Assembly: GCA_964595645.1 (NCBI GenBank)
Contig: CAZQQT010000007.1
Span: 1 to 64,000 of the forward strand
Source: an uncultured Thermococci archaeon
GTDB taxonomy: Archaea > Methanobacteriota_B > Thermococci > Methanofastidiosales > B48-G16
Reading direction: 5' to 3'
DNA length: 64,000 nt
The notes under the pieces were generated by a model, which was given only the letters and a program-made list of their open reading frames with translations, ran no database searches and had not been told where the DNA came from. Position numbers and translations under genes: made by a program. Shown here piece after piece: positions 11,311-21,216 of this stretch (position 1 is its first letter; every line of letters starts with the position of its first letter).

Positions 11311-11745
11311 ATGAACCAGTTAGAAGAGAGAGTGGCAGGATACGATACAGAATTTATTAAGTTCGAAGAAAACGTGAAGACAGTGGCACAGGCAGAGAAC
11401 CTCCTCGACGTCTCATCGGAAGAGATAGTAAAAAGTCTGGTGGTCATAGGTGAAGAACCCCTCCTCTGCATTGTGCCGGGAAATAGATCGGTGGATTTCA
11501 CCAAACTAACGGAAATGTATGGAGACACACGACTAGCCACACCGAAAGAGGTGAAGGATGTCACAGGCTATGAGATCGGTGGTGTGCCGCCTATCGCGGA
11601 TATAAAAGTGCTGATTGATGAACGGATCATGGAAAAACGGTACGTATATGGAGGGGGAGGAAACGAACGGACGCTTCTGAAGATATCACCTGAGGATATT
11701 CTGAAGATAAACAAAGAGACTGAGGTAGTGGATATCGCTGAGTAA
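11311..11745 (+). CDS. ybaK: YbaK/EbsC aminoacyl-tRNA editing domain protein
   Basis: IVKSLV, TGYEIGGVPP, GGG motifs. Confidence 0.9.
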   Translation: MNQLEERVAGYDTEFIKFEENVKTVAQAENLLDVSSEEIVKSLVVIGEEPLLCIVPGNRSVDFTKLTEMYGDTRLATPKEVKDVTGYEIGGVPPIADIKVLIDERIMEKRYVYGGGGNERTLLKISPEDILKINKETEVVDIAE

Positions 11746-11746
11746 T

Positions 11747-13201
11747 ATGCCATACTGTATCATCGACTGCTACACCGATGAGCCATCGGGCCTTGGCGTG
11801 CCTCCGTACCTCGGTACCTACCCACGATACATTGCGGGGGCAGTAGAAAATGCGTACTACCTCACCATCGATGATGTACGATTCTGGAAACACAAGAAAA
11901 AGAAAAGAAGAACACGACTGAACGAGAAAACGAATATCAAAACCTACAATCACACCCGAAACTACGAAGATGTAGGAAAAATCCTCAACGCGTCAACGCT
12001 CATCGTGGTACTCGGGGTGCAGACACCGGGTAAATACCTTCGTGCCGTGCCGGGAACATTGCGAGAGATCTGTACGCTCCTCGAGAATGTAAAATCTCCC
12101 AAGGTTCTCACCGGGCCAGCCGCAGGGGTGGGAACGCAGAAAACAGGTGGGAGAAAAATTGAAAGGCTGAAAGAGGATTTTTTTGATGATATAAATCAAA
12201 ATCCAGCAGGAATACATAATTACAACAAAGTGAGAGAGTATGCAGTGAGAGGAGCATACATCATGGATCAGATTCCGGACAGACGAATCATTGAGATAGA
12301 GACGGGAAGGGGTTGCCGTGGGAACTGCAGCTTCTGTGTTGAGTCGTTGAAAGAGGTAGAGTTTCGGGATGTCGAAGATATCGTGGACGAGGTAAGAACG
12401 TTCTACAATAGAGGATGCAGGCACTTCAGGCTCGGAAAACAACCGTGTTTTTACTCCTATAAAACACCTGAAGAAATAGAAAAACTGCTGAAAGCCTTGC
12501 ACAAGATGAACCTAAAGACACTCCATATCGACAACGTGAACCCCAACAGAGTTGTCACCGATACCGGAATAAAGATCACGAAAATGATTGTAAAGTACTG
12601 TACGCCGGGAAATGTCGCCGCCTTCGGCATGGAAAGTTTCGATGAGCGAGTAATCGGAGAGAACAGCCTCAATACCCACCCTGGGACATTGTATGAAGCG
12701 GTAAAGATCCTCAATAAGTACGGAAAACAGAGGGGAGACAACGGAATGCCAACATTTCTGCCGGGGATCAACATCGTCCTGGGGCTAAAGGGAGAGACAG
12801 AAGAGACCCTTGAGAGAAACTACCAATGGCTGCAACGATTTCTGGATGAGGGCCTTCTACTTCGGCGGATCAATATCCGAAAGGTCGTGCCATACCCTGG
12901 TACAGAAATGGCAGAACATGGATTAAAAACATTGAAAACCAACAATAAGCTTTACTACAGCTGGAGAGAGAAAATACGGGAGGAGGTTGATGCAGAAATG
13001 TTGCGAAAAGTTGTGCCCGAAGATACTCTATTGAAAAATGTGTACGCTGAAATATACGAAGGAAAAACAACGTTTGGAAGACAGTTTGGATCGTACCCAC
13101 TGGTCGTCGGAATACGGAAGCGAGTGCCGTTGAAGGAGGGGTACGATATCACGGTGAAGGAGTATGGGAGGAGAAGTGTCACCGGTACTATAGTGCAGTG
13201 A
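11747..13201 (+). CDS. Radical SAM protein (archaeal COG1031-like) with C-terminal TRAM-like domain
   Basis: IDCYTDEPSGLGVPPY N-terminus, ETGRGCRGNCSFC cluster motif, RQFGSYPLVVG. Confidence 0.85.
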   Translation: MPYCIIDCYTDEPSGLGVPPYLGTYPRYIAGAVENAYYLTIDDVRFWKHKKKKRRTRLNEKTNIKTYNHTRNYEDVGKILNASTLIVVLGVQTPGKYLRAVPGTLREICTLLENVKSPKVLTGPAAGVGTQKTGGRKIERLKEDFFDDINQNPAGIHNYNKVREYAVRGAYIMDQIPDRRIIEIETGRGCRGNCSFCVESLKEVEFRDVEDIVDEVRTFYNRGCRHFRLGKQPCFYSYKTPEEIEKLLKALHKMNLKTLHIDNVNPNRVVTDTGIKITKMIVKYCTPGNVAAFGMESFDERVIGENSLNTHPGTLYEAVKILNKYGKQRGDNGMPTFLPGINIVLGLKGETEETLERNYQWLQRFLDEGLLLRRINIRKVVPYPGTEMAEHGLKTLKTNNKLYYSWREKIREEVDAEMLRKVVPEDTLLKNVYAEIYEGKTTFGRQFGSYPLVVGIRKRVPLKEGYDITVKEYGRRSVTGTIVQ

Positions 13202-13203
13202 TC

Positions 13204-14625
13204 TTACTTCAACAACGATTGTCCTAGGGCTATAATTTTTTTCTTCAGCTCACTACTTAATTCGGTTTTCGTCTCTTTGGATGTAATATACGCAGTGAAA
13301 AACGCCGGAGTCCCCTGCTGCAAGATTTCTCCTAGACGGGAGGGATGATCTTTCACCACTGTTGCAATTATATGGTTGCCTAAGGAGTAAAAGGGCCCAG
13401 TGGACTGCAACCCCTCTACCAGGATCTGTTCTGCGGCATCTATGTTTTTTTCAATGTAAATCTCTTTGTACGCTCTTTCTAAAAGCTCGACTCCTTTACC
13501 TACCTCTTCTTCTCCTCTTCGTTCGGCAAACTGACGCGTAATAAACTCACCCGATCCTTCAAGCAAAATATATGTGAGTAGCTCATACAGTTTGTTATCC
13601 TGTACATTATCAAAAGGACCAGCGATCAGTCCCTCAAAACTCTTCGTGTCCTCAGCTCCATATCTGGGGCATATCACTGTTTGTAATCGGTGAAAAAGCT
13701 CATGAGCCATCACAGCATGTAATGCCTCAAAATCGTCTTTGACGTACTCGATATTCACGCCACACATCGCATTTGTTGCCCAGCCTCGAATGGCAAAGCC
13801 TATGGTGAAGGCAAATGTCTCCTCAAAGTCAGTATCTTTTCGTACGTAGGAATAGAGTGTTCCCAACACCTCTTCTTTCATCTCTTCTGTACGTGTTTCC
13901 AGCTGGGTAAGAACAGTATCGTACTCATCAAGATGCATAAAAATATCAGCGAAATCAAAGAAATTCATCGGATTGAGCCATTTCCAGATCATTTCAACCG
14001 GCGACCTGCGCTGTGCGCAAAGAAGAAGGGCGGCCAGACTCTCCAGAGTCACCATCGGCTCAGGAAGGTACCCGAGACTCGTACGGTGGGTGATCATTTC
14101 TTTGTTTGCTGGTAGCTGTGCAATGGTAAGGGCGTCCTCATAAGTCGCTTCTTCTTCTTTTAAAAATTCTATCGTTCTTTTCAGCACGGATAAATCGATT
14201 TCAAGTATCCAATTGTCAGGATAGTTCATATCTCTTTTCTTTTTATAGGGCTCTCCTTTAAATTTCAGTGGATATGCCCCCAATTTTTTAATAGCTTCTA
14301 TATTCTTCTTTTTTTGTTGTGTGAGTTGCCATAGTGAACGCACCATGCCTGAAAATTCCTTGGGGATAATGATCTCCTCATCGAGAAATTGATCCGGGAG
14401 CAGTCCCTCCACCCATGCACCCTTTTCCTTCTGCAGTTCCTGGTACTCAGCCAGCTGTTGCAGATCCTCTGGATCTTCTAAAAGATGTAACTGTGTACAG
14501 ATAAACTGTGCCTCCTGGTGGGAAATGGTTTCTTCTACCTTCTTTATTTTGGTGAGAAGTGATTCATTATCAATATATGCTCTGAGATCATTCCATGTCC
14601 AGTCTTTCGAAAAATCAAATGTCAT
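13204..14625 (-). CDS. Putative zinc-dependent peptidase (DUF5700-like)
   Basis: HELFH motif with a downstream EG motif. Confidence 0.6.
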   Translation of the reverse strand: MTFDFSKDWTWNDLRAYIDNESLLTKIKKVEETISHQEAQFICTQLHLLEDPEDLQQLAEYQELQKEKGAWVEGLLPDQFLDEEIIIPKEFSGMVRSLWQLTQQKKKNIEAIKKLGAYPLKFKGEPYKKKRDMNYPDNWILEIDLSVLKRTIEFLKEEEATYEDALTIAQLPANKEMITHRTSLGYLPEPMVTLESLAALLLCAQRRSPVEMIWKWLNPMNFFDFADIFMHLDEYDTVLTQLETRTEEMKEEVLGTLYSYVRKDTDFEETFAFTIGFAIRGWATNAMCGVNIEYVKDDFEALHAVMAHELFHRLQTVICPRYGAEDTKSFEGLIAGPFDNVQDNKLYELLTYILLEGSGEFITRQFAERRGEEEVGKGVELLERAYKEIYIEKNIDAAEQILVEGLQSTGPFYSLGNHIIATVVKDHPSRLGEILQQGTPAFFTAYITSKETKTELSSELKKKIIALGQSLLK

Positions 14626-14760
14626 GGTATCGTTCCTCTACCTTTCTTTACGATTGTGTGCTCTACGATTTTTTATACTTATTCTTTTAGCATCATAAGA
14701 GAAAAACTTAAAAAGAGTGAGAATATAATAGAGTATATATAAAAATTAAGGAGGATTTTC

Positions 14761-15498
14761 ATGCCGATCTTCGGTAGTGATGAAAAAAAGAAAAAGATTG
14801 AGGCATTAAAACGGCAGGTAAACAATCTACAAAAACAAAACCAACATTTAACAAGCCAGATAAAAAAGTACGAAGGACAGTTTGAAGACGTTAAAGAGAT
14901 GAAAAATATCATCGATCGATTAAAATCGGAGAATCAAAACTTAGTGAACAAACTTGAAAAATTTGTAGTAGAAAGACAGCAAATGAAAGAAACAATTGAA
15001 GATCTCAAAAAGAACCTGAGAACAAAAAAAGAACAGATAGAGATGAAGACCTTCGCTATCAACTCTGAAGATACCGACGTCCACGTCTCCAAGGGAGTCA
15101 CCATCAATGGGGGAATCAATACCAAAAAAAATGTGATGATAGAAGATGAAGCTGTGATAAATGGGGATATAAAAGCATCTGGAGATGTCACCATCGGGAA
15201 CAACGCCCATGCGAAGGGATTTATTGAAGCGAATAGAATAAAAATGGGGGATACCGTCACCGTCGATGACAGTGTGCGGGGAAAAGATGACATAGAGACA
15301 GGTGCAGGATGCACATTGAACCTCGTGATGAGTGAGGGTGACCTCACACTTGGAAACGGCACAGAAGTAATGAAAGCTGTTGGAAAAGAGGTAATATTGG
15401 GCAATGGTGTGGTAGTAAAGGATGGTATCGAATACTCAGACACCATGAAAATCGGAAGTAATGTTACCGTACACGGTGAGATAAAAACACGGCCTTAA
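14761..15498 (+). CDS. Coiled-coil plus bactofilin-like beta-helix protein
   Basis: About 95-aa heptad-rich N-terminus followed by repeated ~17-aa I.G.I.A...V.IG rungs. Confidence 0.65.
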   Translation: MPIFGSDEKKKKIEALKRQVNNLQKQNQHLTSQIKKYEGQFEDVKEMKNIIDRLKSENQNLVNKLEKFVVERQQMKETIEDLKKNLRTKKEQIEMKTFAINSEDTDVHVSKGVTINGGINTKKNVMIEDEAVINGDIKASGDVTIGNNAHAKGFIEANRIKMGDTVTVDDSVRGKDDIETGAGCTLNLVMSEGDLTLGNGTEVMKAVGKEVILGNGVVVKDGIEYSDTMKIGSNVTVHGEIKTRP

Positions 15499-16791
15499 TC
15501 ACATTTCATCTTTGAGTGCTTCCAGTGAATCGAACGATTTAGAGAGCTCCAACCGTGCCTTTTGGAGCTCTGCTTGAGGAATCACATCTCGTCTTACCAG
15601 ATTAGAGTACGTATCTCTGAGCCTGTTAAACTTGTTGTACAACTGAAAGTACTGGTGCGGCCTTGCCTTTTCCACGTTCTTTTTAAAATTCTGAACCTCT
15701 TTCATATATGTGTTCCAGTAGATTTTCATGCCTTGAACTTCATGTCTAGTTGCTCTAGACTTCTTTTCCTCTTCTACTTGTTTCTTCGTCCTTCTCTTCT
15801 TTTTCAGTGATTGAATAACTCTTTTACATTCAGAAAGTTTGTTTTTTATCCTTTCACTAACTTGTTTCGGGACATTCTTTGATATGGATTCGTATCGATT
15901 CACGCAATTTTTGTAATCGCTCACCACCCCTTCTGTGTTTCCTTTTTTTGCTCTTTCGAGGATGCCATTAGCGAGCTTCATAATCGCGATGCTCTCTTTT
16001 TTGAGCTCTTTGCTTTTTTCCACAGAATCTATTCTTTCTCGTAGTCGCTGAATCCTCTTTTCTATCACTTCTTTTGACTGCGGTGAACCTGGCCCCAGAT
16101 CCTTTTTCTCGTCTAACAACTGGAGGTACTCTCGTCGTACTTCCTCGGGATGGGCTGCGATATACTTCTTTGTGTACTCCCGCAGTACCCTATCAAGTTT
16201 GTTTATAAAGGCATCATACGTTTTTCTTTCCTTTCGATCCTCTTTTCTCTTTTCTACTTTCCCTATCCTTTTTTTTATCTGCTGAAGATTCTTATCCAGT
16301 CTCTCCAGTATGTAGGGGTTCTTATCGGCGAGCTTATTCCTTTTATCCAGGAGCTGGAGGTACTTGGATTTGACCTTGTCAAGGTTGTGGGTGATATAGG
16401 TAGTATCATACAGTCTGTTCACTTCTTCAACATCCCTCAGGAGATCTCGAGTTTTGGGGGATATCTCCTCCTCGTGTTCCGGTGGTCGAGATTCTTTAGG
16501 AAGGGGAAACTCTCTTTTTGGAGCCTTTACCTCGGGCATGGAGACTTCAATAGGGCGAGGAACATCTTCAAAGAGCTTGAGAGGATCTTCCTCCTCTTCC
16601 CTCTCCTCTCTTTCTATTGATTCCTCCTTTGGTACCTCTTCTTCAGGCTCTATGATAAAATACTTGTCATATACCCAGGATTTATCTCTCTCCTCAGATG
16701 TAGAGGCTAATTTTCCCAGCGCATCTCCTTTTATCTCAATGAGTTCTTCTTCGTCCAGGACATCTTTCAAGTACTTTTTCAGATCTTCCAT
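15499..16791 (-). CDS. Hypothetical highly charged alpha-helical/coiled-coil protein
   Basis: Long K/E-rich ORF downstream of the NIF3-like gene; likely start MEDLKK at 16791. Confidence 0.7.
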   Translation of the reverse strand: MEDLKKYLKDVLDEEELIEIKGDALGKLASTSEERDKSWVYDKYFIIEPEEEVPKEESIEREEREEEEDPLKLFEDVPRPIEVSMPEVKAPKREFPLPKESRPPEHEEEISPKTRDLLRDVEEVNRLYDTTYITHNLDKVKSKYLQLLDKRNKLADKNPYILERLDKNLQQIKKRIGKVEKRKEDRKERKTYDAFINKLDRVLREYTKKYIAAHPEEVRREYLQLLDEKKDLGPGSPQSKEVIEKRIQRLRERIDSVEKSKELKKESIAIMKLANGILERAKKGNTEGVVSDYKNCVNRYESISKNVPKQVSERIKNKLSECKRVIQSLKKKRRTKKQVEEEKKSRATRHEVQGMKIYWNTYMKEVQNFKKNVEKARPHQYFQLYNKFNRLRDTYSNLVRRDVIPQAELQKARLELSKSFDSLEALKDEM

Positions 16792-16855
16792 TCTCTTCCC
16801 TCTAACCTCTGGTAGAACTTCCTTTCTTTCTATATTTAAAATTTTCTGTGAGATA

Positions 16856-17671
16856 TCACAATAAACTCTCCGGATAGATCCCACTTATCCTTATAATCTC
16901 TATGTTTTCTTTCTCTAAGGCCTGAAGAAAAGGATTTATACCTACAGAATCACTCGCTACGTGTCCTGAAACAATCAGGCTCCCTTCCTCCTCTTTGAGT
17001 TTCGCATAGTCATTGGGACGGAGATGGATGTACACAACACAACATCCATGCTTGAAATACGTTTTTGCTACATCTGCACCTCCATTGGTGCCCGCACCGT
17101 GTGCAACAACTGTTTTGCTTGCGTTTCCATCCACAGAACCCACGGCTATCTCTATCTCGGTGAGTGCATCCTGAAACTCCGGAAGTGTATACAGTGCATC
17201 CACTACGTCTTGAACATTTTCCGGCTGCGCAGTATCAATGGTCTCCTGCATTATCCTCCGACCTATCTCATCCAGTGGATTATGAATGTTCATCAGAGGC
17301 ATCCCCATGTTCTCTGCCACCGATGGAAGGTGTGTGTAGTTTCGTGCGTGATTTTTTATTTTTAGAGTATTTTTTAGCTTTTTTATGGATTCGTATGCCT
17401 CTTTCTCCGGAATGCCATTTTTTATCATGATGTCCGCATGTTTATCAATCACTTTGTGGAAATTGAGAACAGCATTGTTTCCCAACGGATGATGAGCGAT
17501 TACACAATCACATTCATACTTCTGCGCGAGAAAGAGTTCTGATGTGGAGATATCGATGCCAAAGAGGATTCTGGTAAGATCCTCTCCGGTTACGTATATT
17601 TCAGAATCCGCGGGTACCTCTTCTTGGTTCGCCAGCTCCAGTGCGAGTTCCATTATCTTGTTAGTATTCAT
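16856..17671 (-). CDS. NIF3-like dinuclear metal protein
   Basis: GID, IAHHP, IHNPLD and GHVASDSVG motifs. Confidence 0.8.
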   Translation of the reverse strand: MNTNKIMELALELANQEEVPADSEIYVTGEDLTRILFGIDISTSELFLAQKYECDCVIAHHPLGNNAVLNFHKVIDKHADIMIKNGIPEKEAYESIKKLKNTLKIKNHARNYTHLPSVAENMGMPLMNIHNPLDEIGRRIMQETIDTAQPENVQDVVDALYTLPEFQDALTEIEIAVGSVDGNASKTVVAHGAGTNGGADVAKTYFKHGCCVVYIHLRPNDYAKLKEEEGSLIVSGHVASDSVGINPFLQALEKENIEIIRISGIYPESLL

Positions 17672-18870
17672 ACAATCTTTCCCTCTTTTATGACGTGCTC
17701 AATGGTATCTTTTTCTCTCAGTACTGTGATATTATCCAGTGGGCTCTTGCTCACAATGATAAGATCCGCTGTTTTTCCTTCCTCCACTGTTCCGAGATCT
17801 TCTCGTCCCATGGTCTTGGCCCCATATTTCGTTGCTGCTGTAATCGCTTCCATTGCTGAAATTCCTATTTTTTCCACCAAAAGCTCCAGTTCCAGGGCGT
17901 TCTCACCATGGGGTACCAGTACGGGTCCAATAAAATCTGTTCCTGTCGCAATGGGGACGTCCATCTTATACGCCAGTGCAATGCTCTCTATATGTGCCTC
18001 TGATGTCCTTTTAATCTTTTTCAGGCCATACTCAGGAACTCCAAATTTCTCTCCCTCAGTGAAGAGCTTGTGGTTCACGGAAAGGGTAGGAATGTACACA
18101 CAGTCGTTTTCTATCATCATTCTGCACGTCTCTTTATCCAGGTAAAATCCATGAACGATATTTTTCACTCCTGCTTTTATAGAGTTCCGTATTCCCTCAG
18201 TGCCCTGGGAGTGTGTATCTACCAGTTTGTTCACCCGCTCTGCCTCCGCTACCACTGCTCGTATCTCTTCCACTGTAAACTGTGATTGTTCCGGGGCATC
18301 CTTTTCCGAGAGCACGCCGCCTGTTGTACACATTTTAACGAAATCCACGCCGTCCCGAATGAGCTCTCTGGCTGCCTTCCTGCACTCGTCCACGCCATCA
18401 ACAATACACGACAATCCAGTATCTTTGGCCCAGTTCAACGGGAGCATGTGAAAATCTCCATGACCGCCAGTCTGGCTCAATGTTTTCCCTGCAGCCTGGA
18501 TTCGAGGCCCATGTATCACTCCTTCATCCACGGCATCGCGGAGCGCTAAGGAATGCGGACTCACTCCAGCACACCGTACGCTGGTGAATCCAGCTTCTAT
18601 CAAACTCTCTACATCCTTCACTGCGCGGATAGTCTTCAGCGCAGTGCTTTCAAGAACCCAGTCCAACGGGTCCATACTGCGGGTCCCAACGAGATGAAGA
18701 TGGGCGTCTATCAGTCCTGGAAGCACATACATGTCAGTAGCATCGATAACTTTTCCTTTTTCTTCAGGGGCTCCTATTTCTTTTATTTTCCCTTCTTCAA
18801 TAAGAATGGATACCTCTTCCTCAAAATTTCCATCGCCATCGATAATAGAACAGTTTTTTATTGTCAGCAT
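17668..18870 (-). CDS. Amidohydrolase family protein (prolidase-like)
   Basis: PGLIDAHLH, GFTSVR, GGHGD, GTD motifs. Confidence 0.9.
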   Translation of the reverse strand: MLTIKNCSIIDGDGNFEEEVSILIEEGKIKEIGAPEEKGKVIDATDMYVLPGLIDAHLHLVGTRSMDPLDWVLESTALKTIRAVKDVESLIEAGFTSVRCAGVSPHSLALRDAVDEGVIHGPRIQAAGKTLSQTGGHGDFHMLPLNWAKDTGLSCIVDGVDECRKAARELIRDGVDFVKMCTTGGVLSEKDAPEQSQFTVEEIRAVVAEAERVNKLVDTHSQGTEGIRNSIKAGVKNIVHGFYLDKETCRMMIENDCVYIPTLSVNHKLFTEGEKFGVPEYGLKKIKRTSEAHIESIALAYKMDVPIATGTDFIGPVLVPHGENALELELLVEKIGISAMEAITAATKYGAKTMGREDLGTVEEGKTADLIIVSKSPLDNITVLREKDTIEHVIKEGKIV

Positions 18871-18983
18871 GGAAAGTATCTTTACTTTATCTTTTTAATT
18901 CTTTCTCCCGTTTTTGGCGTCTCAATAAAGTCGTATAGATAAGTATTTAAAGTCTTTTTCTAAGGGAAAGAAGGTGATGTAAC

Positions 18984-19777
18984 GTGACAAAATACTGCAA
19001 AGAGTGTGGAGCACCAAATGATGATGATGCACGATTCTGTGAAGAGTGCGGTGCACGTCTTGAAATGGGAATTCCAGAAGGTGCACGAGGAAAAAAAGAC
19101 ATTGAAGTATACTCTCAGAAGCATTGGATACAATCTCAGCGAACCCTATAATTATTGTCCCCTATCTCGCAGTGATGGCGTTATCGCTAATAGGAAAATT
19201 TGTCACATGGGGGCAGGTAGTAGCACCAATGAGAGGGCTAAGAGATGTAAGTGATGTCACCAGCTATGATTGGGAGATATACTGGAAAAATGCAATGGCT
19301 GCCGCCGGAGTATCCTCGGTAATCGGCATTATCTCATGGATTGTGGGGATAGTGGCAGCAGCATTTGCCATTCATATGACATACCGAGCTGTTAAAGGAG
19401 AAAGAGTGGATCTCAACGAAACCTGGAACGCCATCAAAGGAAAACTTCTCATCGTGATAATCGCCACAATCATCGCAGGAATACTCACATTCCTCGGAGT
19501 GTTCGCGCTGTGTATCGGTGCGATAATCGTTGCGATACTCCTGATATTCGTGAAACAGGGAATTATCATCGATGATCTCGATATTGGTGGCACCTTCCGC
19601 AATAGCTACCATATGGCAAGGGATAACTTCCTCGACATCGTTATCATCGGAATAGTGTACATCGTCCTGGGGATTATTGTAGGGATTATTCCCTATCTCA
19701 ACGCAATCCTGATGCCACTCGTAGAGCTATACAGCACCGTAGCATTTACAATCCTCTACCTCAGTAGAAAACAGTGA
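18984..19777 (+). pseudogene. Zinc-ribbon domain membrane protein split by a 1-nt frameshift near 19104
   Basis: GTG 18984 after a GGTGA SD site encodes YCKECG...FCEECG; the multi-TM body continues in the -1 frame (ORF 19124-19777). Confidence 0.75.
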
Positions 19778-19789
19778 CTCTTTTCTTTT

Positions 19790-20224
19790 TTATTTTAATT
19801 TTTGAAAAAATTTGGGCATGAAATAGAACGGGAGGATTATCCCGAGAAGAAATCCGGTGAGCGCCCGTGTCTCATTGGTACTCTCTCTCCACAGCAGCTG
19901 TGATACCCCATCGAGTATCAGCGGCACTGCAAACAGTACCACCACAGTGAATCTCACACCCTTCCCGAATACCAGTGGATACAAAAGCATTCCACTGAGA
20001 ACGCCGATGTAAATGAGAGTACACCGAGCGCAGACCGCCAGTGGATATTTCCAGAGAAAAAGGCATCGTTCCAGTCGCTGGTGACAGAAGTAAGAAAATA
20101 CGCGGTAAAAATAGTTTGAAAGGTAGGTATGGTTTTTGGAAGCGAGGTACGGTGTCAAAAATATAAGGAATACCCACACTGTCACGAGAGAAAGCATCAG
20201 GAGGTATACTTTTTTTGGAGTCAT
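19790..20224 (-). CDS. DUF2085 membrane protein
   Basis: CHQ..ER, CARC, LDG..Q, RALTG. Confidence 0.85.
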   Translation of the reverse strand: MTPKKVYLLMLSLVTVWVFLIFLTPYLASKNHTYLSNYFYRVFSYFCHQRLERCLFLWKYPLAVCARCTLIYIGVLSGMLLYPLVFGKGVRFTVVVLFAVPLILDGVSQLLWRESTNETRALTGFLLGIILPFYFMPKFFQKLK

Positions 20225-21216
20225 TTTACAACATTTTTTATACTCTTTTTATACGGTGGAGCGAGAATTCCCTCCTCCGTGATAATCCCAGTGATGTGAT
20301 CGGCCGGCGTAATATCAAATGCCGGATTTAACGCAGGGATATCGGCTGCAACACTTTTTCCGTAAAGTGTGAGCACCTCATCTTCACCTCGATACTCCAC
20401 GGGAATGTCATCGCCCGTTGCAGTATCGGGATCGAAGGTGGAGAGAGGAGCTGCGATATAGAAGGGAATATCATGCGTTTTCGCCAGGACAGACAATGTG
20501 TAGGTTCCTATTTTATTGGCTATGTCACCGTTCATGGCGATCCTGTCCGCCCCCGTCACCACAAGATCCACCTTTCCCTGCAACATCACAAACCCTGCCG
20601 CTGAGTCCGGTATCAATGTGGCAGGAATTCCTTCCTGTTCGAGTTCCCAGGCAGTGAGCCGGGAACCCTGACAGAGTGGGCGAGTTTCATCGACGTACAC
20701 ATGTATTTTCTTCCCGTTCGTCCACGCCGCACGGATCACACCAAGGGCGGTACCGTAGCCTCCCGTCGCCAGTGCTCCTGCGTTGCAGTGGGTGAGAATC
20801 GAATCTCCCTCTTTTACTACCGTATCGCCATGAGCACCGATCCGTTTATTTTGCTGTATATCATCGCGATGGATTTTCTTCGCGATCTCTCTCATTCTTT
20901 CCACGTTTTTATAAGAACCTACCTGAGAAAGGACTGTTTCTACTCCCCAGGAAAGATTTACTGCGGTTGGTCGTGCATGCTTTATCGTGGTGATCTTCTC
21001 GTTGAACTCCTCTTTATTCGTGGATTCCAGTGCTGCAATCACAACACCGTAGGCCCCTGCAACACCGAGTGCTGGAGCTCCCCGTATCTGTAACGACTGG
21101 ATTGCCTCCACCAGCGTCGCCGTGTCCCTGCACGTGATGTATGTTTCTTCCTGGGGAAGACGGGTCTGATCGAGCAGGGTTAACGTGTCATTAGAAAATG
21201 TAATATGGTTGATCAC
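20221..21216 (-). CDS. mtnA: S-methyl-5-thioribose-1-phosphate isomerase
   Basis: LLDQT.LP, IRGAPA, RPTAVNL, THCNAGALAT, DETRP, NKIGTY. Confidence 0.95.
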   Translation of the reverse strand: MINHITFSNDTLTLLDQTRLPQEETYITCRDTATLVEAIQSLQIRGAPALGVAGAYGVVIAALESTNKEEFNEKITTIKHARPTAVNLSWGVETVLSQVGSYKNVERMREIAKKIHRDDIQQNKRIGAHGDTVVKEGDSILTHCNAGALATGGYGTALGVIRAAWTNGKKIHVYVDETRPLCQGSRLTAWELEQEGIPATLIPDSAAGFVMLQGKVDLVVTGADRIAMNGDIANKIGTYTLSVLAKTHDIPFYIAAPLSTFDPDTATGDDIPVEYRGEDEVLTLYGKSVAADIPALNPAFDITPADHITGIITEEGILAPPYKKSIKNVVK

